Shown: positions 40,458 through 50,588, numbered from the stretch's first letter. The stretch: DNA of 64,000 bases from Phormidesmis sp. (GCA_965248535.1 CBDFJR010000002.1:2016001-2080000), one strand, 5' to 3'. Made by a program: numbers and translations. The notes: a model not told the origin generated them from the sequence alone.

Positions 40458-41648
40458 TCAATGGGATAGGTGGCTAATGTCAACTGCTTCGCGGTGAAGC
40501 GGTGCAATCGGGAAAAATGACCGATCTAGGTCAGGCTCTTGTTGAAGATAGTCAGAGGCTTGAGGCATTTGACAAACCTGCTCGATCACCGATTCCAGTT
40601 TTTCAAAGAAGGTGGCTTCTGAGAAGTGAGCGATCGCGTGATCTCGAATGGCTTGATAATCCCAAGTATGATTTCGCGCCTGCACCAATCCCTGCTGCAA
40701 AGACTCTGGGGTTTGACGATTAAACAAAACACCTGTCTTGCCAGAAATTTGGGTGTCTAAAACGCCTCCGGCTCCATAGGCCACCACCGGAGTGCCGCTG
40801 GCATTGGCTTCGACGGGCACTAGCCCAAAATCTTCTAGGGCGGCAACAATCACGGCTTGGGCTTTTGACATCAGTCGAGTTCGTTCGGCATCGGGCACAT
40901 AGCCCAAAAATTCGATATTGCTGCGCGCTTGGGATTGCAGTCGTTCGCGTTCTGGCCCGTCTCCCATAATCAGCAGCCGCCAGCCCAGCCAGTTAAAGGC
41001 TTCAACGATGATGTCAATGCGCTTATAGCTCAACAGTCGCGACGAGACGAGATAGAAATCTTCTTTCTGATCAGAGGGGGTGAATTTGCTGGTCTCGATC
41101 GGGCAATTAATCACGATCGCGGGCTTGTGATAAGTGCGGCGAATCCGGGCCGCGACCACACTAGAGTTGCCAATATAAAGATCAGGCTCTTGAGCATACT
41201 TTAAATCAGTCAGGCGCATGGCCCGAAAAATATGTTCTAACGCCGGATAAAAGCGGCGATAGCTGCCATATTCGCGCAGATAGGTTTGGGTATCCCACAA
41301 GAAGCGCGTGATATTGTTGCAAAAGCAGATGTGATGGGCGCTTGGACGCTTACGCACTGCCTTGGCAAAGCTGGTCGTGCTGCTGAGAATCAGATCATAG
41401 TCTTGCAGATCGAGCGATCGGAAAGCCGGATAATAGAGCGGAGCCAGCAGCCTAAAATGCTCGGCAGCGTTAGGAATATTTTGCAGCCAAGTAGTTTGAA
41501 CTGATCGATTTCCCAAGTCGATGCTGTTGTCAGGATCGTAGAGAGATGTGTAGATATCTGCATGGGGATAGCGTTGACAGAGAAGTTCAAAAACTCTCTC
41601 TGCCCCACCTTTCTGGGTTAAATAATCATGGACTAGTGCAATTTTCAT
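40458..41648 (-). CDS. Glycosyltransferase family 4
   Basis: VHDYLTQKGGAERV and EDFGLVPVEANASGTP motifs. Confidence 0.92.
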   Translation of the reverse strand: MKIALVHDYLTQKGGAERVFELLCQRYPHADIYTSLYDPDNSIDLGNRSVQTTWLQNIPNAAEHFRLLAPLYYPAFRSLDLQDYDLILSSTTSFAKAVRKRPSAHHICFCNNITRFLWDTQTYLREYGSYRRFYPALEHIFRAMRLTDLKYAQEPDLYIGNSSVVAARIRRTYHKPAIVINCPIETSKFTPSDQKEDFYLVSSRLLSYKRIDIIVEAFNWLGWRLLIMGDGPERERLQSQARSNIEFLGYVPDAERTRLMSKAQAVIVAALEDFGLVPVEANASGTPVVAYGAGGVLDTQISGKTGVLFNRQTPESLQQGLVQARNHTWDYQAIRDHAIAHFSEATFFEKLESVIEQVCQMPQASDYLQQEPDLDRSFFPIAPLHREAVDISHLSH

Positions 41649-42020
41649 TACCAGAAACCAGCGAAGCTAGATCGTAGTTAACTCTATTGATCATTTCTCG
41701 CAGAGAAGTCTTTTTTTGAATCTCTGCTTCGATGTGCAACCTGGTAGATTGTCTGATTACTTAATCATTCTCATGAGATTCTTTAAATCCGCAAACTTGT
41801 TCATCAAACCTTTATATGATTAGACAACCACAGCATCGTTTTCTAAAATCTTTGCTGAGTTTAATTTGCTAGTTCAGCCATCTCTAGACGGTTGTTTAAT
41901 GATCGATTGCCGATCTAGACCAGAGTTCTATAACTGAACTAAATAAGCATCTCAACTAGCTTTTATTTTGGCGATGTCTACCATAATTCATAAGCTCATA
42001 AACTGATTGCACCCCGCATT

Positions 42021-43502
42021 CTATTGACCGAAGAGTCTAAAAATACCCAGCAATCCTGTAAACGGCGATAAGATTGAGCCGAGGGTGGTTGAGATGCCCG
42101 CCAACGCTGACTTTCTGACCACGATCGTGTCATTGTTTCGCAGGGCTGGGTTGTTCTGTTCGCTCAGACCTTGAGCAAAATCAACCGAAATATCTCGCTT
42201 AGTCACCGTTCCATTTGGGTTGAGGCGAATCAGGGTGACCGATCCTTTGCGGGCCCGATCGTTAAACCCGCCCGCCGCCAACAACCCTTGATTGAGGGGC
42301 GCATTTGGCGAAATCGTCACAGTTCCGGGTCGCCCCACTTCTCCCACCACGTTGATGCTGATTTGATTGGTCGAAAAACTAGCGCTGGCAATGCGAGTCG
42401 CTTCTTGATCATTGAGGCTGGTCGCTGTCGGAATCTCGATCGTGTCCCCTTCTTGAAGCGGCACGTCTTGGCGCAGATCACCCGCCGCCAGCAGCTTCCA
42501 AAAATCGACGTTAATCGTTTGAATCGCCCCCGATTGCGTCAGTCGCCGCACCTGAATCTTGCGGACATCAGCCGTCTGAGTGATGCCCCCCGCTGTCTGA
42601 ATCGCACGGGTCACACTCGTCGCTTGCAGCGTTGGCGTATTGCCCTCACTGCCACCACTCCCCGCCTGAGCGATCGTATAAGGGCCCGGACGGTTGACTT
42701 CTCCCACCACAGCAATCTTGATCGGACGAGTCGTGCTGGTGGCAAAGTTAGCCGACGCTAATCGCCTCATGCCGTTGAGATCGACCTGAGAATTAGTGGG
42801 AACCAAAACGCTGTCACCATCGCGCAATCGCAGATCTTGCCGCCCATCTCCGGTTTGCAAAAGCTGCCCCAGACTGACTGTAATCATCTCGTCTCCACCC
42901 TGGCTCGCCGATCGCGGGCGACGAATCTGCACCCGATCGATATCGGCTGCCTGAGTCACCCCTTCAGCCAACTGCAAAACTCGCGTCAACCGAGGAATGC
43001 CGCCCTCAGCAGGCACCGCATAAGACCCCGGACGATTGACTTCACCTGCGATCGCCACGGTCACAGGGCGCGCTGCTGTCAAACTAACCGTGACGATCGG
43101 GCGGGTCAAAATAGCATCAAATCGTTTTGAGATCTCGGCAGCCGCCTGCTTGAGCGTTCGACCCTGCAAAGAGACAGATCCAACCTGCGGAAAGTTGACC
43201 ACCCCATTGGGCAACACCTGATAATCATTGGTGAACTCTGGCACGCTAAAAAAATCAACGCGGATGCGATCGCCCGCATCCAAAAGATAGCCATCGTCTT
43301 CGGCGGGCGCTGCCACACTCGCGGGCGCTGGCATATTGACAGGTGCGGGGTTTGGCTGCACACGAGCCAGCACGATCGCCGGAGAAAGGCAAACAGTTGC
43401 CACCAGCAGCCCCAGCGTCGATTGACAAATTAAACTGAGTTGTGAGCGAACGCGAGTCACCATAAATCTTCTTACAGATACGGAGTCCTTTGTCTTCTTC
43501 AT
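42021..43502 (-). CDS. wza: Wza/KpsD-like polysaccharide export protein with SLBB repeats
   Basis: YLLDAGDRI Poly_export domain; three V(V/A)GEV(N/G)RPG SLBB repeats; start codon uncertain. Confidence 0.88.
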   Translation of the reverse strand: MKKTKDSVSVRRFMVTRVRSQLSLICQSTLGLLVATVCLSPAIVLARVQPNPAPVNMPAPASVAAPAEDDGYLLDAGDRIRVDFFSVPEFTNDYQVLPNGVVNFPQVGSVSLQGRTLKQAAAEISKRFDAILTRPIVTVSLTAARPVTVAIAGEVNRPGSYAVPAEGGIPRLTRVLQLAEGVTQAADIDRVQIRRPRSASQGGDEMITVSLGQLLQTGDGRQDLRLRDGDSVLVPTNSQVDLNGMRRLASANFATSTTRPIKIAVVGEVNRPGPYTIAQAGSGGSEGNTPTLQATSVTRAIQTAGGITQTADVRKIQVRRLTQSGAIQTINVDFWKLLAAGDLRQDVPLQEGDTIEIPTATSLNDQEATRIASASFSTNQISINVVGEVGRPGTVTISPNAPLNQGLLAAGGFNDRARKGSVTLIRLNPNGTVTKRDISVDFAQGLSEQNNPALRNNDTIVVRKSALAGISTTLGSILSPFTGLLGIFRLFGQ

Positions 43503-43825
43503 ACAAAAGACTCAGCAAATATCCGGGCAGTTTGCGTCAAAGGTAAAAAACCACCCTCTAGTCAGCGAGTAAATTCACGGGGCTTACGCAAGAGCCAAAG
43601 ATTCTATGAAGTGCCCTATCTAACCCAGTGTTGAATCTGTCTTTATCGTTATGATCCATTTCAAACCCAGAGATTATTCCTCTCTGAGACAGACTCAGCG
43701 ATTTATGAAACTCTCCTGATCCACAGTGCAGGTTCTGTAAAAACAAAAAGATGAGCACTTCTTGAGAGCGTTCTAAAAATTGGGTAGCACTCAGGCACTC
43801 CAGTCGTGGAAAACGTTTGACTAAC

Positions 43826-45304
43826 ATGGATTCGACCACCAAACGAGCAGTCGGTTCGGTCTGGCACCCTCGCCATCTTGCCCGAACCCCTTTAAAACAG
43901 CGGAAACCATCACTGGTTGCCCAAGATGATCGCGATAGACTCAGGAGCTTGAAACCGATGACTGAGTTTCATCACCCAGAAGAACAAGGGCACAGCGTTG
44001 ATCCGCCTGTGAACGCTGCTCAGGAAATGCTGAATGGCACTCCTAAAGATAAGCTTAGGAAAGCAATTTCACCCGATCGAGAACCTGCGTCTGAGCCGAC
44101 GAGGGAGATCACGTCATCCTCGACCGAGGCGGCCCCTTACGAACGACTCCAGCAGGGCCCAATCACTTATTTTCGCTACTATTTTGAAGACGCAGGACAG
44201 CCAACCTATCTGACTTCATCCCCCGTTGATCTGCCGCCGCAAAAAAGAAATATGCTGCCGCTCTATCTGGCAGGCGGTGGGGTTTTAGGAGCGACATTGA
44301 TCTCTGGGTTTGTGATCGCGGGTTTAGCCAATAATGCCAAAGCGCCCAGTCAAAAGGGCGCAACCGACTCTAAAGTTAAGCAAACGCCTGCGCCAAAGCT
44401 GATTCAGCCGCAGGTTGCGTCTCCAGAAGTGGTGCCACCCTCGCGATCGTCCCCCACAAAACCAGCCCAATCCCCTCAAAAAACCCCAGCTAAAAAACCC
44501 GCCGTGCCCACGGTGCGATCGTCGGCAGATAATCAAATTCAGCAGGCGCTGATGGTGCCTCAACCGTTGCCCGTGCCGCCGCTCCCGATCGTTTCGGTGC
44601 CGATCGCTCAGACCGTTTCAATCCCGCTGCCTGCGCCAATCATTCAGCCTTTGGCTCGGCAGGTCACGCCTCCCGCGCCAGCGCCAGCAACACCAACGCC
44701 TCCGGCACCGCTGGCTGCAAAGTCGCTGCCTGTGTTGGTCGCCAACTCATCTCCTATGCCCCCAAGTTCTGCGTCGCCTGCGCTGGCTCAATCCGGTACG
44801 GCATCAGTAGCCCCGATCGCTGATGCCCGCTGTTTAACGGCAGCTTCTGGGACTTCTTTAGCGGCTCCTGATCAAGCGATCGCCGTTCAGTCGTCCATGC
44901 TGGTTTCTGCGCCAGAAAATGTAGCGATGCCGACAGCAAACCGCAAGTCTCAAGCAGATAAAGTTGCGGTGACGGGAGCGATCGCAGACAGTGCGGCCCA
45001 AGCCTCCTCTGTTCAAGATGCAGAGAAAGATCTGCAAGCGTTTTTAGAGATTCCGCAGCGCTTTCCCAGCAGTGCGGGGCTGGCGGTGATGCCGTTGCCC
45101 TGTCAGTTAGCTCAGACAGCGACGACTAAACAGCAGGTGGCTGAGTTTAAGGTCGTTCGCCTCAGCCCTCAAGACTATCAAAAACGCTGGAAACTCAGCA
45201 GCAACAACCCTCAAGCGCTGACCCCGATCTATGGATTCGTGGATTATAAACAGCAATCCGTTGTGCTGTTAAGCGCCAAAGAAGAAAAAGTATCCAAGCT
45301 TTAA
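43826..45304 (+). CDS. Pro/Ala-rich single-pass membrane protein, hypothetical
   Basis: Long ORF with one TM segment (LYLAGGGVLGATLISGFVIAGLA), low-complexity linker and compact C-terminal domain; start uncertain (43817/43826/43958). Confidence 0.7.
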   Translation: MDSTTKRAVGSVWHPRHLARTPLKQRKPSLVAQDDRDRLRSLKPMTEFHHPEEQGHSVDPPVNAAQEMLNGTPKDKLRKAISPDREPASEPTREITSSSTEAAPYERLQQGPITYFRYYFEDAGQPTYLTSSPVDLPPQKRNMLPLYLAGGGVLGATLISGFVIAGLANNAKAPSQKGATDSKVKQTPAPKLIQPQVASPEVVPPSRSSPTKPAQSPQKTPAKKPAVPTVRSSADNQIQQALMVPQPLPVPPLPIVSVPIAQTVSIPLPAPIIQPLARQVTPPAPAPATPTPPAPLAAKSLPVLVANSSPMPPSSASPALAQSGTASVAPIADARCLTAASGTSLAAPDQAIAVQSSMLVSAPENVAMPTANRKSQADKVAVTGAIADSAAQASSVQDAEKDLQAFLEIPQRFPSSAGLAVMPLPCQLAQTATTKQQVAEFKVVRLSPQDYQKRWKLSSNNPQALTPIYGFVDYKQQSVVLLSAKEEKVSKL

Positions 45305-45501
45305 AGGCGAGATTTTTCGATAGAAACCGGGGTTCTGAGGGAAAGGGTGCCGCGATCGCGCCTATCTCTAGCAGCACTGCGGTTTTTGCATGGGAGCGAT
45401 CGCTCCGCAAAGTTGGCGCAATTGCGAACAACTGTAACAGTTCGGTCAGGGAGGTAAACCCTCAGTGATAGGATGCCTAAAAACGTTTAGAGCGAGACAT
45501 T

Positions 45502-45927
45502 ATGTCAGAAACTCTTACTGGACAAGCCCCTTTGTTCGGTGGCAGTACAGGTGGACTGCTGACCAAGGCCCTAGTAGAAGAAAAGTACGCGATTACCTGG
45601 ACTAGTCCTAAAGAACAGGTGTTTGAGATGCCGACTGGCGGCGCTGCAACCATGCACGCAGGCGACAACCTTTTATACCTTGCTCGCAAGGAACAGGCGA
45701 TCGCTTTAGGCGGTCAACAGCTTCGCGCTAAGTTCAAGATCACCAACTACAAGATCTACCGAATCTTCCCGAACGGTGAGATTCAGTATCTTCACCCCGC
45801 CGATGGTGTGTTTCCCGAAAAGGTCAACCCTGGTCGGGTGGCGGTCAATAGCGTTCCGCGCAACATTGGCTCCAACACAGAACCCGCCAAAATTAAGTTC
45901 AGCAGCCGCAAACCCTTTGATCCTTAA
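45502..45927 (+). CDS. psaD: Photosystem I reaction center subunit II
   Basis: [26 protein letters not shown] and [12 protein letters not shown] motifs. Confidence 0.99.
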   Translation: MSETLTGQAPLFGGSTGGLLTKALVEEKYAITWTSPKEQVFEMPTGGAATMHAGDNLLYLARKEQAIALGGQQLRAKFKITNYKIYRIFPNGEIQYLHPADGVFPEKVNPGRVAVNSVPRNIGSNTEPAKIKFSSRKPFDP

Positions 45928-45961
45928 TCTGAGGATGGCGGCTTCTTAATGTTTACGAGCG

Positions 45962-46020
45962 TTCAGGAGTCAGATTTCAGTCATTCGTGCCTGGGGTTTG
46001 GCTCCTGAATTTTCGTTTTT
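45962..46020 (+). terminator. Stem-loop/terminator after psaD
   Basis: TTCAGGAGTCAGA...TTTGGCTCCTGAA followed by a T-rich tract. Confidence 0.55.
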
Positions 46021-46073
46021 TGGAAGTCAGCTTTAGCCCCTAACGCCCCGTCTCTCCCTGTACAATTGAGACC

Positions 46074-47609
46074 ATGATTTTTCCAGACTTTTCTCAGTTT
46101 TCACAACTCGCCCAGCAGGGTAACTTTGTCCCGGTCTATCAAGAATGGGTCGCTGACTTAGACACGCCTGTCTCAGCCTGGTATCGAGTCTGTGCAGGGC
46201 AACCTTACAGCTTTTTGTTAGAGTCGGTCGAAGGGGGAGAGACGCTGGGCCGCTATAGTCTGTTGGGCTGTGACCCTCTGTGGATTTTAGAAGCCAGAGG
46301 CGATCGCACGACTCAAACCCATCGAGATGGCTCTCAGCAGGTGTTTGAGGGCGACCCGTTTGAGACATTATCTCAGTGCCTTGCGCCCTTTCAGCCTGTC
46401 AAACTCCCTCAGCTACCGCCAGGAATTGGGGGGCTGTTTGGCTTTTGGGGCTATGAATTAATTAACTGGATTGAGCCTCGCGTCACCATTCATCCGGCAA
46501 CCGAGACAGACTTGCCTGATGGGCTGTGGATGCAGGTCGATCAGGTGCTGATCTTTGACCAGGTGAAACGCAAAATTTGGGCTGTCGCCTACGCCGATCT
46601 GCGCGATCCCCACGTCGATCGGGCAGCCGCCTATCAGCAAGCCTGCGATCGCGTCACCCAACTCGTTCACAAGCTCCAGTCGCCTTTGTCTGAGCAAGCC
46701 ACCCTGCTGTCGTGGAACTCTCCTGAATCGGGGAACCGTGACCAGATTGTGTCGCTCACCAGCAACACTACTAAAGAAGCCTTCTGCGCCAACGTTGAGA
46801 CAGCCAAAGCCCACATCAAAGCGGGCGATATTTTTCAGGTTGTGATCTCTCAACGACTGTCATCAGACTATGATGGCGACCCGTTTGGGTTGTATCGATC
46901 GCTGCGGCTGATCAATCCGTCGCCCTACATGGCTTATTTTAACTTTGGCGACTGGCAGATCATTGGCTCTAGCCCCGAAGTCATGGTCAAAGCAGAGCGC
47001 CTCGATCCGAGTGGGCCTAAAATTGCGACGGTGCGCCCGATCGCCGGAACCCGTCGCCGCGGCAAAACGCCTCAAGAAGATGACGCTTTAGCTGAAGATC
47101 TGATGCAAGACCCTAAAGAAGTTGCCGAACACGTCATGCTCGTAGACTTGGGGCGCAATGACCTAGGGCGAGTCTGCGTTAACGGCAGCGTCAAAGTAGA
47201 CGAACTGATGGTGATCGAGCGCTATTCTCACGTCATGCACATCGTCAGCAACGTCGTCGGCGAACTTGCCCCCGACAAAACCGCGTGGGATTTGCTGAAA
47301 GCTTCCTTCCCGGCTGGGACGGTGAGCGGAGCACCTAAGATTCGAGCCATGCAAATTATTCATGATTTAGAATCCTGTCGTCGAGGAGTATACTCTGGAG
47401 CCTATGGCTATTATGACTTTGAGGGTCAACTGAATACAGCGATCGCGATTCGCACCATGGTCGTTCGATCTCAAGGTGGCGGCAAACACACGGTCAGCGT
47501 TCAAGCCGGAGCCGGATTGGTGGCCGATTCTGAACCCGAAAAAGAATATGAAGAAACTCTCAGCAAAGCCAGAGCCTTACTAGAAGCCATCCGGTGTTTA
47601 GCCGATTGA
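46074..47609 (+). CDS. trpE: Anthranilate synthase component I
   Basis: FLLESVEGGE, GDIFQVV, NPSPYM, RPIAGT, AEHVMLVDLGRND and GAPKIRAM motifs. Confidence 0.97.
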   Translation: MIFPDFSQFSQLAQQGNFVPVYQEWVADLDTPVSAWYRVCAGQPYSFLLESVEGGETLGRYSLLGCDPLWILEARGDRTTQTHRDGSQQVFEGDPFETLSQCLAPFQPVKLPQLPPGIGGLFGFWGYELINWIEPRVTIHPATETDLPDGLWMQVDQVLIFDQVKRKIWAVAYADLRDPHVDRAAAYQQACDRVTQLVHKLQSPLSEQATLLSWNSPESGNRDQIVSLTSNTTKEAFCANVETAKAHIKAGDIFQVVISQRLSSDYDGDPFGLYRSLRLINPSPYMAYFNFGDWQIIGSSPEVMVKAERLDPSGPKIATVRPIAGTRRRGKTPQEDDALAEDLMQDPKEVAEHVMLVDLGRNDLGRVCVNGSVKVDELMVIERYSHVMHIVSNVVGELAPDKTAWDLLKASFPAGTVSGAPKIRAMQIIHDLESCRRGVYSGAYGYYDFEGQLNTAIAIRTMVVRSQGGGKHTVSVQAGAGLVADSEPEKEYEETLSKARALLEAIRCLAD

Positions 47610-47656
47610 AAAACCTCCGAATCCTTTAAAGAAGTCAAGGTCTTAGTTTGAACCAC

Positions 47657-48271
47657 TCAGCGTCTTTTTGACAGCCAGCTTGCTGCTAAGATGCCGCCCA
47701 AAAATCCAAACAGGTGCCCCTCCCAAGAAATGCCGATGCGGGTCGGCAACACGCCCCAAATCAGTCCACCATATAGCAGGGCAACCGCCAGAGACAGAGC
47801 CACTGCCAAAGCACTTCGCTCAAAATAAGCCCGTGACAGCAAAAACCCAAAATAGCCAAAAATCACGCCACTCGCGCCCAGATGAATGCCCGCCGCCCCA
47901 AATAGCCAAACTCCTAAACCGCTAGCCAGGGCCACGATCGTCGAAACCAGAAAAAAGTCACTCGTTTCACGCAGCATCACAAACCAGCCCAGTGTGATAA
48001 AAGGAATGGTGTTGCTAATCAAGTGCGGAAAGTTGCTGTGGAGAAACGGCGCAAACAAAATCCCCCGCAGCCCGATGCCAGTGCGGGGAATGATGCCATA
48101 AAAGTTAAGTCTGCCGCCCAGAAAGACATCAATAATTTCGATAACCCAGAGCAGCCCTACAATGCCGCCCAAAATGCCAACGTGCGTCTTGATTTCGTGG
48201 CTGATCGACCTAGGATCATTTGGATCAGTGCGGCGCATTCGGAAACGACTCCAGAGATAGGGAGATTTCAT
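47657..48271 (-). CDS. Rhomboid family intramembrane serine protease
   Basis: HLISN, GASG (catalytic Ser) and SWEGHLFG (His) motifs. Confidence 0.92.
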   Translation of the reverse strand: MKSPYLWSRFRMRRTDPNDPRSISHEIKTHVGILGGIVGLLWVIEIIDVFLGGRLNFYGIIPRTGIGLRGILFAPFLHSNFPHLISNTIPFITLGWFVMLRETSDFFLVSTIVALASGLGVWLFGAAGIHLGASGVIFGYFGFLLSRAYFERSALAVALSLAVALLYGGLIWGVLPTRIGISWEGHLFGFLGGILAASWLSKRR

Positions 48272-48326
48272 TCCTTTCTAGCACAGTCTCTTTGATCCCT
48301 TCAGATTTGCTAGGCAGCGCCATGAC

Positions 48327-49202
48327 TTAGACCGCCACAGGAGATTGCTGTTGGGCCATTTCTAACAGGCGACGAATCCGTTCTTCGGTAGAGGGATGAG
48401 TGCGAAAAAGAGACTGCAAGCCTCCAGCCGACAGTGGATTAATAATCAGCAGCGGTGACATCGCCGGATTGCCATTCATCGGAATCTGATGACCAACTTC
48501 CTCTAGTTTTTGCAACGCTCTCGCTAACGCTTGAGGATTGTGGGTGATCTGCGCCGAACCCTGATCGGCTGAAAACTCACGAGTTCGAGAAATCGCTAGC
48601 TGAATGATGGCGGCTGACAGAGGCGCAAGCACGATCAAAAACAGCAGACCGAGAGGATTAGTGCCGCGACGATCGTCGCGATAAACCGGCCCATACAACG
48701 CCCCAAAGGTGAGCATTCGTCCTAAAAATGTGATGGCTCCAGCGATCGTGCCCACCACCGCCTGAGTCAACGTGTCGCGATTTTTGACGTGGGTGAGTTC
48801 GTGCGCCAAAACCCCCTCTAACTCTTCAGGGGTCAACAAGTCTACAATCCCTTGAGTGACCGCGATCGCCGCATGGTTGGGATCACGCCCCGTGGCAAAA
48901 GCGTTAGGTGACTGCGTGGGCACAAAAAACAGCTTAGGCATGGGAATGTCTGCCCGATCGCTGAGTTTCGCCACCATGTCAAACAATTCGGGGGCTTCAT
49001 CTCGCTCGATCGGTTGGGCTGCATAGGCCGCGAGTGCAGCTTTATCAGAGTAATACCAAGAGCCGATGCTGCTCATGGCGGCAAAGGTCAGGCCTAGATA
49101 AAGACCCTGTTCGTCACCGATGAGATAATATCCGCCCAGCACTAGCAATCCACTCAGCAGTCCTAGCAGTGCAACTGTTTTGATCTCGTTGATCCCAAGC
49201 AT
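48327..49202 (-). CDS. htpX: Zinc metalloprotease HtpX (M48)
   Basis: PNAFATG, HELTH (HEXXH), SRTREFSAD and THPSTEER motifs. Confidence 0.93.
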   Translation of the reverse strand: MLGINEIKTVALLGLLSGLLVLGGYYLIGDEQGLYLGLTFAAMSSIGSWYYSDKAALAAYAAQPIERDEAPELFDMVAKLSDRADIPMPKLFFVPTQSPNAFATGRDPNHAAIAVTQGIVDLLTPEELEGVLAHELTHVKNRDTLTQAVVGTIAGAITFLGRMLTFGALYGPVYRDDRRGTNPLGLLFLIVLAPLSAAIIQLAISRTREFSADQGSAQITHNPQALARALQKLEEVGHQIPMNGNPAMSPLLIINPLSAGGLQSLFRTHPSTEERIRRLLEMAQQQSPVAV

Positions 49203-49403
49203 GGCTTTTCCCAAAACGCTTTGATGACTTTCTCAACGTCTCAGATTTAGAACCCCTTGAAATCTATCGGATGAGTGAAATGAAGGATTACTCAATGAGC
49301 CGAAGGCTTGGCGATCGGGCAAGATTGTCTAGGTGAAGAAAGATTAAATGATGTCGGTGATTATGGCTGCAATAACAAGTTGGGCAATGAGATAGCTGTA
49401 CCT

Positions 49404-49454
49404 TTACTCCTCTGTTGAGCAGCAAATAGAACCCGGTAGATTCAGTTGTCCCAT
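49404..49454 (-). pseudogene. Truncated PIN-toxin 5' remnant (MGQLNLPGSICCSTEE*)
   Basis: Same MGQL start and same overlap with the antitoxin's ..SWD(N/S)* end as the intact toxin at 50242. Confidence 0.6.
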
Positions 49455-49672
49455 GAGGATCTCTCTTCCTGCAAGTATTGATCGACTTCTTCTGGGGTGT
49501 GGAAGAGTTGTTGTCCGGGCGCTTCGTTGAGAAGGTCGATGATCGACTGTTTGGGTTGTGGGGTTGTTGAAAGAAGGCGCGATCGCACGAGGTTTTGCTC
49601 TGCGGGTGAGAGTGCATGAATTGCCTGAATGAGCGACTCAACAAGCTGAAAGTTAATGGTTGTACTGTTCAT
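49442..49672 (-). CDS. Orphan antitoxin-like protein
   Basis: 76 aa ending EEVDQYLQEERSSWDN, matching the end of 50230-50469; same leader and RBS region. Confidence 0.7.
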   Translation of the reverse strand: MNSTTINFQLVESLIQAIHALSPAEQNLVRSRLLSTTPQPKQSIIDLLNEAPGQQLFHTPEEVDQYLQEERSSWDN

Positions 49673-49791
49673 AGATTTTTTCCTTGATACATTTTTAGTT
49701 TTTAATGCTCGATCGCCCCTAGTGCTTTCAGCGTTGCTTTTTCTGCTTCAGTCAAGCCTTTGACTCCCGTGATGTTCATGCCTTCATAAGG
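49670..49791. repeat. 122-bp direct repeat copy 1: orphan NACHT-WD40 3' tail plus leader plus ATG
   Basis: Manual alignment to 50467-50588 shows 6 mismatches; encodes PYEGMNITGVKGLTEAEKATLKALGAIEH*; abuts HIP1 GCGATCGC at 49792-49799. Confidence 0.95.
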
Positions 49792-49801
49792 GCGATCGCG
49801 T

Positions 49802-50242
49802 TTATGCATTCAAAACATCCTTAAGCACCACTACAGACAACCCTGGAACCGTTCGCAAGCCACCATCGTTAGTCAAGAAAAGGGTACAACCTAGACTGAG
49901 TACAGTGGCAGCATGGATGGCATCAGGTGTTTTTAGATGAGTGATCGCACGCAGATTGGCAGCAGATCTGAGAATATCTTGGCTAATTGCAACGAGATGG
50001 ATATCGTCTCTGAACAGATCTTCATAGATTTCAATCAGTGATGTATTGCTGTTTTTGAGTGGAGAGACGAGGGTTTCTAGCAAAAGCAGTTCACTACTAA
50101 CGATGTTAACTTCGTTGGCTTGGGATTTAGCCCACAGGGGCTGAAGCAGTGTCCAGTAGTCTAGATTAATCTCGACACTGTAAATAACGGGTGCAGTATC
50201 GACATAAACAGTTGCATCTGGAGGAATGGTTAGCTGTCCCAT
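49802..50242 (-). CDS. vapC: PIN-domain (VapC-like) toxin
   Basis: VYVDTAPVIY, LLETL, TPDAIHAAT and FLTND acidic PIN motifs. Confidence 0.92.
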   Translation of the reverse strand: MGQLTIPPDATVYVDTAPVIYSVEINLDYWTLLQPLWAKSQANEVNIVSSELLLLETLVSPLKNSNTSLIEIYEDLFRDDIHLVAISQDILRSAANLRAITHLKTPDAIHAATVLSLGCTLFLTNDGGLRTVPGLSVVVLKDVLNA

Positions 50243-50469
50243 GAATCTCGCTCCATTTGCAGATTGCGATCGATTTCTTCAACGCTTCGGAAAGGACCTA
50301 GTTTGTGAGCAGCGTCCAAAATTTCTAAGGCTCTGCGTTTTGAAGCCGTTGGCTTCTCTGGCAACATCACGATGACTTCGATGTCTTCACCGATTTCCCC
50401 TTCAGGGATTTCAATTTCAATTTTATTACCTGGAAGAATTTTAGTTATCACACGTAAAGCAGCTTGCAT
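50230..50469 (-). CDS. Putative antitoxin (VapB-like)
   Basis: 79 aa with a beta-rich N-terminus; overlaps the PIN gene start. Confidence 0.75.
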   Translation of the reverse strand: MQAALRVITKILPGNKIEIEIPEGEIGEDIEVIVMLPEKPTASKRRALEILDAAHKLGPFRSVEEIDRNLQMERDSWDS

Positions 50470-50588
50470 AGATTTTCTCCTTGATACATTTTTAGTTTTT
50501 AATGCTCGATCGCTCCTAGCGCTTTCAGCGTAGCTTTTTCTGCTTCAGTTAAGCCTTTGACTCCCGTGATGTTCATGCCTTCATAGGG
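50467..50588. repeat. 122-bp direct repeat copy 2: native NACHT-WD40 3' end plus leader plus ATG
   Basis: Matches 49670-49791. Confidence 0.95.

Noticed and set aside
42171..43518. Several overlapping ORFs within wza
   Set aside because: Alternative-frame or antisense ORFs in GC-rich coding DNA with no independent support.
43503..43560. GACGCAAA upstream of wza suggesting a c-di-GMP-I riboswitch
   Set aside because: The GGCAAA and GAAA-tetraloop P2 elements and the P3 stem are not evident.
45421..45440. Possible RpaB HLR1 site upstream of psaD
   Set aside because: Only one good half-site (GTTACA on the minus strand); too weak to call.
45502..47609. psaD-trpE adjacency
   Set aside because: As I recall, common cyanobacterial synteny; not unusual.
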